This document shows, piece by piece, positions 48,822-59,861 of a stretch of 64,000 nt of DNA. The position numbers and the translations under genes were made by a program. Under the pieces are notes generated by a model. The model made no database searches. It was not told where the DNA came from and saw only the letters and a program-made list of their open reading frames with translations. How positions within the stretch are numbered: the first letter of the stretch is position 1; the number at the start of each line of letters is the position of its first letter. Origin of the DNA: Gammaproteobacteria bacterium. GTDB taxonomy: Bacteria > Pseudomonadota > Gammaproteobacteria > Eutrophobiales > Eutrophobiaceae. The stretch covers positions 1,376,001 through 1,440,000 of the forward strand of contig CBDCTH010000012.1 in assembly GCA_965222155.1 (NCBI GenBank), read 5' to 3'.

Positions 48822-50318
48822 ATGGCTGTTTTCCTGGGTATCGATATTGGTACGCAAAGTGTCAAACTGGTTGCCTATGACGCTGAACGGCGCACTATTG
48901 TAAAATCCTGTCCTGCTGCTCTCGAGTTGATCAGCCGGGATGACGGCAGTCGTGAACAGTTGGCCCACTGGTGGATTGCGGCTATCCGCTCCTGTTTTGA
49001 CCAACTTGATCAGACAATCAAGACCCGGGTCAGGGCAATAGGAGTTTCAGGTCAACAACATGGATTTGTTCCCATGGATCAGTACGGCCGGGTACTTGCG
49101 CCGGTGAAACTCTGGTGCGACACATCAACAGTAAAGGAGTGTGAAGAGATAACCGAGACACTCGGCGGCACTGAAAAAGCAATCGCAATTGCCGGCAATC
49201 CAATCCTGCCGGGATATACGGCCTCCAAGGTACGCTGGTTAAAAAAACATAAGCCGGACGCTTATGCAAAGATGAAAACGATTCTGCTACCCCATGACTA
49301 TGTAAATTACTATTTGACTGGAGAATTATTCATGGAATATGGAGATGCCTCAGGGACGGGATGGCTGAATATTCGTACACGCCAATGGAGTGACGAAGTA
49401 CTGGCGGCTATGGATAACGAACGTGATTTGAAGGAATGTCTACCCTCACTGGTCCAACCGGACGAAGCGCAATTGATTTCTAAATCTGCCGCGGACGAGT
49501 TCGGGCTGTCTTATGACACCATAGTGTCTCCGGGAGGAGGGGACAATATGATGACCGCCTTCGGAACCGGCAACGTCAAGGAAGGATGTTTAACCATGAG
49601 CCTGGGCACATCCGGGACAATTTTTGCCTGTTCAGACAGCCCCGTAATTGACCCGGAAGGGGAGTTTGCTGCATTTTGCTCATCTTCGGGTGGCTGGCTG
49701 CCTTTGCTTTGCACCATGAACTGTACAGTCGCGACAGAAACCATACGGAAACTGGTGAAACTGGAATTGGCACAGGTTGAGACTATACTCAATAACACTC
49801 ACTCAGGGGCGGGCGGCATTGTTACATTGCCATTCTATAACGGTGAGCGCACACCCGATTTACCCCGTGGGAAGGGTTGTATCATGGGGATGGACCTGAA
49901 AAATGCAACTGAAGAAAATCTTTTTCGTTCGGCAATGGAAAGTGCGACATTTGGCCTGAAGAATGGATTTGAGGCGTTTGAACGAACAGGTTTGTCGTTT
50001 AGCAGTATCCGTGTGACGGGTGGCGGGGCTGCCAGTGCCGGTTGGAGGCAGATGATCGCAGATATCTTTGACTTGCCTGTTATCGTGCTGAAGCAGCAGG
50101 AAGGCGGGGCACTGGGCGCGGCGATACAGGCGCTCTGGGTTTGTCAATCCAGCCAGGGTGGAAGGGGAAGTATCAGTGAAATCGTCGATGAATACCTGCT
50201 CATTGAAGATGCCGCCACTCATGAACCGGATTCCCGGACTTCCGCTGAATATGGAGAATATTATCAAACTTACCTGAGACACCTCGAAGTCATCTCACCA
50301 CTTTATGCAGGAGACTGA
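48822..50318 (+). CDS. xylB: Xylulokinase
   Basis: [31 protein letters not shown]. Confidence 0.9.
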   Translation: MAVFLGIDIGTQSVKLVAYDAERRTIVKSCPAALELISRDDGSREQLAHWWIAAIRSCFDQLDQTIKTRVRAIGVSGQQHGFVPMDQYGRVLAPVKLWCDTSTVKECEEITETLGGTEKAIAIAGNPILPGYTASKVRWLKKHKPDAYAKMKTILLPHDYVNYYLTGELFMEYGDASGTGWLNIRTRQWSDEVLAAMDNERDLKECLPSLVQPDEAQLISKSAADEFGLSYDTIVSPGGGDNMMTAFGTGNVKEGCLTMSLGTSGTIFACSDSPVIDPEGEFAAFCSSSGGWLPLLCTMNCTVATETIRKLVKLELAQVETILNNTHSGAGGIVTLPFYNGERTPDLPRGKGCIMGMDLKNATEENLFRSAMESATFGLKNGFEAFERTGLSFSSIRVTGGGAASAGWRQMIADIFDLPVIVLKQQEGGALGAAIQALWVCQSSQGGRGSISEIVDEYLLIEDAATHEPDSRTSAEYGEYYQTYLRHLEVISPLYAGD

Positions 50319-50319
50319 T

Positions 50320-51660
50320 ATGAAGAGCAACTATTTCATCGGAAACAGGGAATATTTTGCGGGGATTCAGAAGATTCAATATGAAGGGCCCGAGTCTGAT
50401 AATCCTCTGGCTTTTAAACATTATGATGAAAACAAAGTCATTGGAGACAAGACCATGAAGGACCATCTGCGCTTCTCCGTGTGTTACTGGCATACTTTTT
50501 GTGGTACGGGCGGCGATCCGTTCGGCCCGGGAACTCAGGTGTTTGCTTGGAATGAACCAGCGGCTCCAATGGACGCTGCAAAAGCGAGAATGGATGCCGC
50601 TTTTGAATTTTTTACGAAACTGGGTGTACCGTATTTTTGTTTTCACGATCGTGATATCGCACCTCAAGGGGCAACGGTATCCGACTCCGAGGCAAATCTT
50701 GCCGTTATGACGGATATTGCTTTACAACGACAAAAGGAAACGGGGATGAAATTATTATGGGTGACGGCGAATTTGTTCAGCCACCCTCGTTACATGAACG
50801 GAGCCGCTACCAATCCGGACTTTTACGTACTTGCTCACGCCGCTGCGCAGGTCAAGAGCGCACTGGATGCAACAGTGAAGCTTAATGGTGAAAACTACGT
50901 CTTCTGGGGCGGCCGGGAAGGTTATGCGTCCCTGTTAAACACCGATACAAGATGCGAGCTTGATCACATGGCAAAATTTCTCAGTCTTGCCAGAGACTAC
51001 GGTCGCAGCATTGGTTTTAAAGGCAATTTTCTGATTGAACCGAAACCAATGGAACCCATGAAGCATCAATATGATTTTGATGCTGCGACTGTGATTGGCT
51101 TTCTGCGGCACTATGGACTCGATAAGGACTTTAAACTCAATATAGAGGCCAATCATGCGACGCTTGCCGGTCATAGCTTTGCCCATGATTTACAGGTGAG
51201 TGCCAATGCGGGAATGCTCGGTAGTATTGATGCCAATCGAGGCGATCCTCAAAATGGCTGGGACACTGATCAATTTTCTGTGGATTTATACGATACCGTA
51301 ACGGCAATGCTTGTAGTGCTTCAAAATGGCGGACTGAATCCCGGTGGTTTAAACTTTGATGCCAAAGTGAGACGTGAATCCATTGACATGGAAGACATCT
51401 TCATCGGGCATATCGGTGGGATTGATGCTTTTGCCAAAGGGTTGGAGGTAGCTTATGAACTGATTGAAAATTCTTCAATGATTACGGACAAGAAAAACCG
51501 GTACAGAAATTTCAATGAAGGGAGGGGAGCTGACTTTGAAAACGGCAGGCTTGACCTGATCGCGTTAAGGGATATTGCTGCCGAGCATGGTGAACCAGCA
51601 ATTGAAAGCGGTAAACAGGAGCATTATGAAAATCTACTTAACCAATATATGACTAAATAA
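50320..51660 (+). CDS. xylA: Xylose isomerase (class II)
   Basis: [35 protein letters not shown]. Confidence 0.96.
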   Translation: MKSNYFIGNREYFAGIQKIQYEGPESDNPLAFKHYDENKVIGDKTMKDHLRFSVCYWHTFCGTGGDPFGPGTQVFAWNEPAAPMDAAKARMDAAFEFFTKLGVPYFCFHDRDIAPQGATVSDSEANLAVMTDIALQRQKETGMKLLWVTANLFSHPRYMNGAATNPDFYVLAHAAAQVKSALDATVKLNGENYVFWGGREGYASLLNTDTRCELDHMAKFLSLARDYGRSIGFKGNFLIEPKPMEPMKHQYDFDAATVIGFLRHYGLDKDFKLNIEANHATLAGHSFAHDLQVSANAGMLGSIDANRGDPQNGWDTDQFSVDLYDTVTAMLVVLQNGGLNPGGLNFDAKVRRESIDMEDIFIGHIGGIDAFAKGLEVAYELIENSSMITDKKNRYRNFNEGRGADFENGRLDLIALRDIAAEHGEPAIESGKQEHYENLLNQYMTK

Positions 51661-51743
51661 TAATAAGTAGTATCTGCTGTACAATATCGCTGACCAAAGC
51701 CGTTAATTTAAAAACTGATAACATAATCTCAGGGAGACTTGTT

Positions 51744-52364
51744 ATGGTTCCAGACACTATCACTGCCCCACAGTCATTGCGCGAACACTTTGGCGAACCT
51801 CTGCACATAGCCGTCGCGGTCGAAAAGCCGCAGCTTGACAAGCATCATCGGCGTTTTATTGAGCACTCACCATTCATTTGTATGGCAAGCGCCGGTGCCG
51901 ACGGCCAACCCGCCGTATCGCCAAAAGGCGACAAACCCGGTTTCGTCATGGTCCTGGACGATAAAACGCTCTTGATTCCTGACCGGCCGGGGAATAACAA
52001 GGTCGAAGGTTTCCATAACATGCTGGAAAACCCTAAAGTATCCCTGATATTTTTTATTCCCGGCATCATGGAGACCTTGCGTATCCACGGCGAAGCGGAA
52101 ATCGTGCTGGACACGGCTCTGCTTGAACTCGGTAAGACCGGGTCCAAGTTGCCTGCAACAGCCACGCTGGTAAAAGTCTCCAAAGCGTACATGCACTGTG
52201 GCAAGGCCCTTATCCGGTCGAAGCTCTGGGACCCTGAACAGCACATAGCCGAGGGCGTAATACCGCCGTTTGGCCAGGTTATCAAAGACCAGGCCAACGC
52301 GCCGATGACCCTGGAGCAGGTACAGAGCAAAGTGGATCAGGAGTACCAGGAAAACCTGTATTGA
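51744..52364 (+). CDS. Pyridoxamine 5'-phosphate oxidase-like FMN-binding protein (MSMEG_1061 type)
   Basis: SPKGD.PGF, PDRPGNN, HCGKALIRS.LW. Confidence 0.88.
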   Translation: MVPDTITAPQSLREHFGEPLHIAVAVEKPQLDKHHRRFIEHSPFICMASAGADGQPAVSPKGDKPGFVMVLDDKTLLIPDRPGNNKVEGFHNMLENPKVSLIFFIPGIMETLRIHGEAEIVLDTALLELGKTGSKLPATATLVKVSKAYMHCGKALIRSKLWDPEQHIAEGVIPPFGQVIKDQANAPMTLEQVQSKVDQEYQENLY

Positions 52365-52374
52365 AACTTGTCGG

Positions 52375-53730
52375 ATGATCAATATAAACCGCCTCCTGCT
52401 GGCATCAGTACTATGCCTCCTGTCCCAGGTAGCGCAGGCGCAGGGTGGTGCCGGACAGGGCACGGCAATGCAGTTGCGAGAGGAGGGAATGGCATCCAAC
52501 CTGGCCTGGGAGATAGTCGAGGGGCTGACGACGGAAGTAGGCCCCCGTCTCGCCGGCACGGAAGCGGACCATCGCGCAGTCGAATGGGCGAAACAAAAAC
52601 TGGAGTCACTCTCGTTTGACAAGGTATGGCTGGAACGCATCGAATTCCCCGTCTGGACCCGTCATCACGAAAGCGCAAGGATTGTGTCACCTTTCCCGCA
52701 GCACCTGCATATCACAGCACTGGGTTACAGCGGCTCTACCGATGACGAAATTACTGCGGAAGTGGTTGGTTTTGTAAGCCTGGAGGCATTGAAGGAGGCC
52801 TCCCTGGAACAGATAAAAGACAGGATCGTTTTTATCAATTATTTTACCGAACGCACCCGTACCGGAGAGGGTTACAGCAATTCCGTCAATGTGCGTTATG
52901 AAGCGGGTTTGCTTGCCAGTGAAAAAGGCGCTGCTGCTGTATTGATCCGGTCTATCGGTACGGATAGCCACCGCTTCCCCCACACAGGCGTATCAACATT
53001 GAGCAAAGCCCCCCTGCCGGCTGCAGCGCTCTCTGCTCCGGATGCCGATCAACTGGCGCGTATTATGGAGCGCACTGAAACCGTCAGGATCTCCCTGGAT
53101 ATTAAAGTGGACTACCAGGAAACCGGGTATGGCTTCTGGTTGGAACTGATACTGCCAACCTCGCCAGGTCCCGGGATGGATATACTGGAAGAACAGGGAG
53201 ATGGTGCAATTGTTGAGATCAATTTTGAAGCGGTGTTGAATGATATGAAGGCAAGGAGTATCCCGATGTTTAACATGGACGGTTCGTCATTAGGGGAAGA
53301 TGGCTCAAGGAGGGCTGGAATGTGATTGCCCAGGTCAATGGCCGTGAGACACCTGAGAAAGTTGTCTTGATTGGCGCCCACCTGGATTCCTGGGACCTGG
53401 GAACAGGCGCGCTGGACGATGGGGCAGGTGTTGCCATCACCAGTGCCGCTGCGCACCTGATAGGTGAACTGCCGCGTAAGCCGCGCAGCAGTATTCGTCT
53501 GGTACTGTTCGGGAACGAGGAAGCCGGTTTATGGGGAGCGAAGCAATATGTGGCGGACAATACCGGTATTCTGGACGATCACCTCTATGCCTCCGAATCG
53601 GATTTTGGCGCAGGACCGGTCTGGCGCTTCGATACCGACAATCCCGTATTGATGGAAACCGGAAATGGTGCCATGCCTGTGCTGGAAGTTCTGGGTATTG
53701 AAAAAGGGGAGGCTGCCAGTTCCGGCGCGA
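52375..53730 (+). pseudogene. M28 peptidase (carboxypeptidase Q-like), interrupted by a 182-bp insert and 3'-truncated
   Basis: GPRLAGT, PHTG; after the insert GAHLDSWD.GTGALDD and NEE.GL. The last metal-ligand region is missing. Confidence 0.85.
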
Positions 53731-54544
53731 GCGCACCGGCAAAATCCCTTACGGAAATCTTCTCTTTTACAAGTTTTAAATCATCGGCAAAACCGGCAGA
53801 TGCGCACACTCGGCATAGGCCGGTGAAGACTTCTCAGCAGTGGCAAACTGCATGACCTGTCCACGGTTCAAATCAAATGCATTATCGTTTTCAGTTACCA
53901 GGGTTTAAAGAATTACTGATGACGAAATTATCCAGACTGCGCCCTGTTTTCCGGGCGCCGGCCTGTAACCTGGGTTGTACAACATCATTAACATACGATA
54001 CGGGAAACAGTGTACCGAGCAGGCCATCAGCAATCTCCCCGGAGAGTTCAATCATCCTGGGACCAATCGCCGCCATGTATATCGGCACGGGATGTTTAGG
54101 CGGTATCTTCAACTGAAAGTCCTTGATCCGGAATATATCACCTTCATAAGTCACCCTGTCCCCTGAGAGTATCCCCTTAAGAATAGTGATGTATTCCCGC
54201 ATCGCTCTCAGCGGTCTCTCATAATGACGACCATGCCAGTTTTCAACATAAGGCCGCGCCTGAGTACCGAGTCCGAGTATTATGTGTCCCGGACAAATAT
54301 ATGACAGTGTCGAAATGGTCATGGCCATCACTGCCGGTGAACGACCCCACGGGCCTACAATACACGTCCCGAGCATGAGGTTTTCCGTCTCGGTCGCCAC
54401 CACGGTCATGGGTGTAAATCCATCACTGAATATGATTTCCGGAAACCAGGCACTATGAAAACCGGCCGTATCCATTTGCAACGCAAATCGCCGGATCTCG
54501 TCGAGGGGCAGGGCGTTCAGGGAAATGCCTATTCTATTATGCAT
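53725..54544 (-). pseudogene. LLM-class (luciferase-like, possibly F420) oxidoreductase, frameshifted and truncated
   Basis: LGLG.Q, PIYMAAIGPRM..L.GEIADG. Coding-like sequence continues past the 53891 stop in other frames. Confidence 0.8.
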
Positions 54545-54783
54545 TAACTACAGAACATTGATTAAACAAGGATTACTCAAAATAATCCTATCACATTAGA
54601 ATGTTAACTTAATCAATCATTGCCGGGGGGCACTTCAAAGTACGGGTACGGCATCGCCCCAAATACATTAATGGTAAACTGAATGCTGAGACCGGAAATA
54701 AATCAGCAATGAGATAGTTGTGTCATTAATACAAAAAAATCGCCCGCTAAGGATCGTATCAGCTTTTCTGCAGGAGATGCCTT

Positions 54784-55422
54784 TTGTCTACACCCGTTAA
54801 GCAATACGGAAGCAGCGCCGCTCAGTTGCCTGAAGTCGGTGAGAAAGACCGTTTGCTTGCCGAGGCGATCGGCGCGCAGATCCGGGAATTCCGCAAACAA
54901 CTGAAAATGACTGTCGTTGAGGTTTCAAAACAGGCAGGTTTATCCCAGGGCATGTTGTCAAAGATAGAACGGGGTGTGACGTCTCCATCACTCAATACCT
55001 TATCTGCTATTGCCGGGGCATTAAACGTCCCCGTAACCGCTTTTTTCAGGAAATATGAAGAACAGCGGGATTGCAGTCACGTGAGGGACGGAGAGGGCCT
55101 GGTTATCGAAAGGCAGGGATCACGGGCCGGACATCAATACCGGTTGCTGGGACATAACATCAGTAAGCGCATCAATACGGAACCCTACCTGATCACCTTG
55201 ACGGATGAGTCCGAAGTGTTTCCATTATTTCAGCACCAGGGCGTGGAGTTCATTTACCTGCTGGAAGGGGAAGTAGTCTATCGTCATGCCAACCGGACAT
55301 ACCTGTTGCGCCCGGGAGATTCCCTGTTTTTTGACGCGGAAGCCCCCCATGGACCGGAGGAACTCATCCGCCTGCCAATCCGTATGATCGCGGTGCTTTC
55401 CAGTTCAAACGTCGAAGAATAA
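54784..55422 (+). CDS. XRE-HTH + cupin regulator of the N-methylglutamate cluster
   Basis: LSQGMLSKIE.G.TSPSL, FQH.G.EF, FFDA.APHGP. Confidence 0.9.
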   Translation: MSTPVKQYGSSAAQLPEVGEKDRLLAEAIGAQIREFRKQLKMTVVEVSKQAGLSQGMLSKIERGVTSPSLNTLSAIAGALNVPVTAFFRKYEEQRDCSHVRDGEGLVIERQGSRAGHQYRLLGHNISKRINTEPYLITLTDESEVFPLFQHQGVEFIYLLEGEVVYRHANRTYLLRPGDSLFFDAEAPHGPEELIRLPIRMIAVLSSSNVEE

Positions 55423-55531
55423 TATTCATAAAAAGAAAATAATATTCTTGATATTACCAGGCATTCATAATATTCTTAACCGGTCATTGATTATAAGAAT
55501 ATAGAGGCGGTGTTTACCTGCGTGGCATGTC

Positions 55532-56428
55532 ATGTGCGGAATAGTCGGTTTATTCAGTAAATCCCCGTTCATTGAAGATCGGTTAGGTGAGTTGTTGTCA
55601 CGTATGCTGACGGAGATGGCGGAACGTGGGCCTGACAGTACGGGTATAGCCGTTTACCGTGATCGCGTACACGAGTCGATGACGAAGATTACCCTGCTCA
55701 GCACGGCGGCGGAGTTCGACTGGCAGCAGATGGGCGACGAGATTTCCAGCGTATTCCCGGGGTCCAACAGCGTCAGGTCAAAGGAAAACCACGCCGTCGT
55801 AACCACTGCCGTGTCGGCAGGCCGGTTTCGGGAATGGGTTAACCGGGAATATCCGGCATTGCATATCAACAGCACGGGCGCCAGTATTGAAATATACAAG
55901 GAAAAAGGCCTGCCGGCGGAGGTGATAGAGCGCTTCGGCGTTGCCGGAATGCAGGGTACGCACGCCCTGGGGCACACGCGCATGGCTACGGAGAGTGCGG
56001 TAACCACTGAACATTCTCATCCTTTTTCCACAGGCGAGGATCTATGCCTGGTCCATAACGGGTCTCTCAGCAATCATAATGGTTTACGTGAGTTTCTCAT
56101 AAAACGGGGCATTGATATCTATACGGATAACGACAGCGAGGTGGCGGCGGCTTACCTGACCTGGCGCATGCGTGAGGGCATGTCGCTTGATGAAGCCCTG
56201 CAGGCGGCGTTACAAGACCTGGATGGTTTTTTCACATTTGCCATCGGCACAAAAGACGGCTTTGCGGTATTGCGCGACCCGATTGCCTGCAAACCTGCGG
56301 TGATGGCGGAAACCGCCGACTGGGTGGCAATGGCGTCCGAATACCGTGCAATTGCCGTATTGCCAGGCGCCGACCAGGCCAAATACTGGGAACCCGAACC
56401 GGCGACGGTCTATAGCTGGAGTCATTGA
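55532..56428 (+). CDS. mgsA: N-methylglutamate synthase subunit A (class II GATase; GlxB)
   Basis: MCGIVG, GHTRMATES, HNGSLSN. Confidence 0.88.
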   Translation: MCGIVGLFSKSPFIEDRLGELLSRMLTEMAERGPDSTGIAVYRDRVHESMTKITLLSTAAEFDWQQMGDEISSVFPGSNSVRSKENHAVVTTAVSAGRFREWVNREYPALHINSTGASIEIYKEKGLPAEVIERFGVAGMQGTHALGHTRMATESAVTTEHSHPFSTGEDLCLVHNGSLSNHNGLREFLIKRGIDIYTDNDSEVAAAYLTWRMREGMSLDEALQAALQDLDGFFTFAIGTKDGFAVLRDPIACKPAVMAETADWVAMASEYRAIAVLPGADQAKYWEPEPATVYSWSH

Positions 56429-57120
56429 CGCCCGTGCACGAGTTTAACCTGGACGAAGTCAGTATCAGGGAGCTCAACCAGGCATTGCACAACCATAACG
56501 GCAGTGATGAGCATTCTGCCTGGTCGGTGACAAACACAAAAGGAAAACATGCGGTCGCCGTTGGTATTGATGCGCCGCTTGAAGTCACGATTGACGGGCA
56601 CGTGGGATACTACTGCGCCGGTATGAACAAGCGGGCGTCGGTGACGGTACGCGGTAATGCCGGACCCGGGGTCGCGGAGAATATGATGTCGGGGAGGGTG
56701 CGGGTGACGGGTAATGCATCCCAGTACGCCGGCGCCAGCGCACACGGCGGATTGCTGGTTATTGAGGGCAATGCGAGTTCCCGCTGCGGCATCTCCATGA
56801 AGGGCGTGGATATTGTCGTCAGGGGTTCCGTCGGACACATGGGCGCGTTCATGGCCCAGAAAGGGCGCCTGGTCATCTGCGGCGACGCCGGCATTGCGCT
56901 GGGGGATTCGTTGTATGAAGCGCATATCTATGTGAAGGGGAAGGCTGCCGGCCTGGGAGCAGACTGTGTGGAGAAGCCGATGACCGCGCAGCATGAACAG
57001 GAAATAGACCAATTACTGGAGCAAGCGAGCGTCACCGGCGTAGTCGCGGCTGATTTTCGCCGGTACGGTTCCGCCCGTAAGCTGTATCACTTCGATATTG
57101 ACAACGTGGACGCTTATTGA
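56425..57120 (+). CDS. mgsB: N-methylglutamate synthase subunit B (GXGXG; GlxC)
   Basis: GYYCAGMN, GVAENMMSG, YGSAR.LYHF. Confidence 0.88.
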   Translation: MTPVHEFNLDEVSIRELNQALHNHNGSDEHSAWSVTNTKGKHAVAVGIDAPLEVTIDGHVGYYCAGMNKRASVTVRGNAGPGVAENMMSGRVRVTGNASQYAGASAHGGLLVIEGNASSRCGISMKGVDIVVRGSVGHMGAFMAQKGRLVICGDAGIALGDSLYEAHIYVKGKAAGLGADCVEKPMTAQHEQEIDQLLEQASVTGVVAADFRRYGSARKLYHFDIDNVDAY

Positions 57121-58448
57121 TGTCTGAAAAGAATACACCGGATTGGCTGCGTGAATCCGCGACCTTTCCGCGGCCGGTCATTGCCGACATCCAGCGTGCC
57201 GCGCGCACCGGGATATATGATATACGCGGTTTCGGAGCGAAACGCCGGCTACCGTCTTTTGACGATTTGGTCTTCCTCGGCGCCAGCATGTCGCGTTACC
57301 CCCTTGAAGGCTATCGGGAACGTTGTGATACCAGCGTGGTGCTGGGCACGCGCTATGCGAAAAAGCCCTTAGAACTGAAAATTCCCGTCACCATAGCCGG
57401 GATGAGTTTCGGCGCCCTGTCGGCGCCGGCAAAGGAAGCATTGGGCCGGGGCGCCTCCGAAGTGGGTACCAGCACCACCACCGGTGACGGCGGCATGACG
57501 CCGGAAGAGCGGGAACATTCCAACCTGCTGGTTTATCAATTGCTGCCTTCCCGCTACGGCATGAACCCGGATGATTTACGTAAGGCGGATGCCGTAGAAG
57601 TGGTGGTGGGGCAGGGCGCCAAGCCCGGCGGTGGCGGTATGTTGCTGGGCCAGAAGATCAGCGAACGGGTTGCGGAAATGCGCGATCTGCCGGAAGGGAT
57701 TGACCAGCGCAGCGCCTGCCGCCACCCGGACTGGACCGGGCCGGATGACCTGGAGATCAAGATCCGGGAGTTACGTGAAATCACAGACTGGGAAAAACCC
57801 GTTTATATTAAAGTGGGGGCTGCCCGAACTTATTACGACACCATGCTGGCAGTTAAGGCAGGGGCAGACGTTATCGTCGTGGATGGTATGCAGGGAGGCA
57901 CCGCGGCAACCCAGGATGTATTTATCGAACACGTAGGCATTCCCACACTGCCGGCGGTAAGACTGGCCGTGGAAGCCCTGAAAGAAATGGATATGCACCG
58001 GAAAGTACAGTTGATCGTGTCCGGGGGCATACGCAGCGGCGCGGACGTGGCCAAGGCGCTGGCCCTTGGCGCCGATGCAGTTTCCATAGGGGTCGCAGCC
58101 TTGATAGCCCTGGGTGACAACAGCCCGGAATTTGAAGATGAATACCGCAAACTGGGTACTTCTGCGGGTTATTATGATGACTACCAGGATGGCCGGGACC
58201 CTGCGGGCATTTCCACGCAAAGCGATACACTTGCAGAAAAACTTGATCCGGCCAAGGGAGGAAGGCGGCTTGCCAATTATCTGCGGGTATTGACATTGGA
58301 AACCCAGACCCTGGCGCGCGCCTGCGGCAAGAGCCACGTGCACAACATGGAACCTGAGGACCTGGCGGCGCTGACTATAGAAGCCGCCGCCATGGCCAAA
58401 GTGCCGCTTGCGGGCACTGACTGGATTCCCGGAGACAACAAATTCTGA
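57120..58448 (+). CDS. mgsC: N-methylglutamate synthase subunit C (FMN-binding; GlxD)
   Basis: MSFGALS, GQGAKPGGGG, RHPDWTGPDD. Confidence 0.9.
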   Translation: MSEKNTPDWLRESATFPRPVIADIQRAARTGIYDIRGFGAKRRLPSFDDLVFLGASMSRYPLEGYRERCDTSVVLGTRYAKKPLELKIPVTIAGMSFGALSAPAKEALGRGASEVGTSTTTGDGGMTPEEREHSNLLVYQLLPSRYGMNPDDLRKADAVEVVVGQGAKPGGGGMLLGQKISERVAEMRDLPEGIDQRSACRHPDWTGPDDLEIKIRELREITDWEKPVYIKVGAARTYYDTMLAVKAGADVIVVDGMQGGTAATQDVFIEHVGIPTLPAVRLAVEALKEMDMHRKVQLIVSGGIRSGADVAKALALGADAVSIGVAALIALGDNSPEFEDEYRKLGTSAGYYDDYQDGRDPAGISTQSDTLAEKLDPAKGGRRLANYLRVLTLETQTLARACGKSHVHNMEPEDLAALTIEAAAMAKVPLAGTDWIPGDNKF

Positions 58449-58489
58449 TCCGGACACATTAAAATCGAGGCATTGTAGAGGAAACCAAC

Positions 58490-59797
58490 ATGACAACCGA
58501 CCTGGCACAAGTTGCAAAACAAAATGGCATCAAATATTTTCTTATCAGTTTTGTCGACCTGTTTGGCACATTGAGATCAAAACTGGTCCCGGCGCGGGCA
58601 ATCGGGGATATGCAGAGAGAAGGCGCCGGGTTTGCCGGATTTGCCGCGTGGCTGGATATGACTCCGGCCGATCCTGACATGTTCGGCATACCGGACCCGG
58701 ACAGCCTGATCCAGCTACCCTGGAATAAGGAAGTGGGCTGGCTGGCTTCAGACCTGTGGATGAACGGAAAAGAAGTGGAAGCATCGCCGCGCATCGTCCT
58801 GAAACGGCAACTGGCCAAAGCGGAACAGGACGGATACCGGATGAAAACGGGTGTTGAATGTGAATATTTCCTGATTAACCAGGAGGGCACGGCCATCTCC
58901 GACCCGGCCGATACGCAGAGCAAACCCTGTTACGACCAACAGGCGCTGATGCGCCGTTATCCCGTCATTAAAGCCATCTGTGACTGTATGCTGGAACTGG
59001 GTTGGGGGCCGTATCAAAACGACCACGAGGATGCCAACGGTCAATTTGAGATGAACTGGGATTATGCCGATGCCCTGACGACGGCAGACCGGCACGTCTT
59101 TTTCAAGTACATGGCCAAAACCATTGCGGAACAGCATGGTTACCGGGCGACATTCATGCCTAAACCGTTTGCTGATTTAACCGGCAACGGTTGCCATACC
59201 CACGTTTCCGTATGGGATCAAACAGGCGAAACAAACCTGTTCCTGGAAAACAGCGATGAACTGGGCTTGTCCGGACTCGCCTACCATTTTCTTGGCGGGG
59301 TCATGCACAATGCCACTGCGCTTTGTGCGCTGTTCAACCCGACCGTTAACAGCTACAAGCGCATTGACGCGCCGCGCACCCTGTCCGGGGCAACCTGGTC
59401 GCCCAGTTCGGTCACCTACACCGGCAATAATCGTACTCACATGATCCGTGTCCCGGATGCCGGACGGTTTGAACTGCGCCTCATGGATGGTTCCACCAAT
59501 CCCTACCTGTCCCAGGCCGGCATCCTGGCCGCCGGACTGGATGGGATAAACAACGGGCGTGACCCGGGCAAACCGCTGCATATCAACATGTACGAAGAGG
59601 GACACAAGGTAAAATCCGCACGCAAATTACCGGCCACCCTCCTGGATGCCTTGCGCCTGCTGGAAAAAAACAGGGTACTACGCGCAGGACTGGGGGATGA
59701 ATTTGTCGATTCCTATATCAAGTTGAAAATGCAGGAATGGGGGGAGTACACCTCACATCTCAGTGACTGGGAGCGGCGGAACACACTGGACTGTTGA
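58490..59797 (+). CDS. gmaS: Gamma-glutamylmethylamide synthetase (GlnT-type glutamine synthetase homologue)
   Basis: GAGFAGFA, KPCYDQ, NDHEDANGQFE, SGATWSP; adjacent to mgsABC. Confidence 0.88.
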   Translation: MTTDLAQVAKQNGIKYFLISFVDLFGTLRSKLVPARAIGDMQREGAGFAGFAAWLDMTPADPDMFGIPDPDSLIQLPWNKEVGWLASDLWMNGKEVEASPRIVLKRQLAKAEQDGYRMKTGVECEYFLINQEGTAISDPADTQSKPCYDQQALMRRYPVIKAICDCMLELGWGPYQNDHEDANGQFEMNWDYADALTTADRHVFFKYMAKTIAEQHGYRATFMPKPFADLTGNGCHTHVSVWDQTGETNLFLENSDELGLSGLAYHFLGGVMHNATALCALFNPTVNSYKRIDAPRTLSGATWSPSSVTYTGNNRTHMIRVPDAGRFELRLMDGSTNPYLSQAGILAAGLDGINNGRDPGKPLHINMYEEGHKVKSARKLPATLLDALRLLEKNRVLRAGLGDEFVDSYIKLKMQEWGEYTSHLSDWERRNTLDC

Positions 59798-59861
59798 AAT
59801 CTGTCAGGAATGATACAGCCTGGACTTCTGGTTCAGGCCAGATAGTTGCCTAATTCATGAT

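Noticed and set aside
58490-59797. Housekeeping glnA / glutamate synthase annotation for 55532-59797
   Set aside because: The split three-subunit layout and the GlnT-type motifs fit mgsABC-gmaS better.
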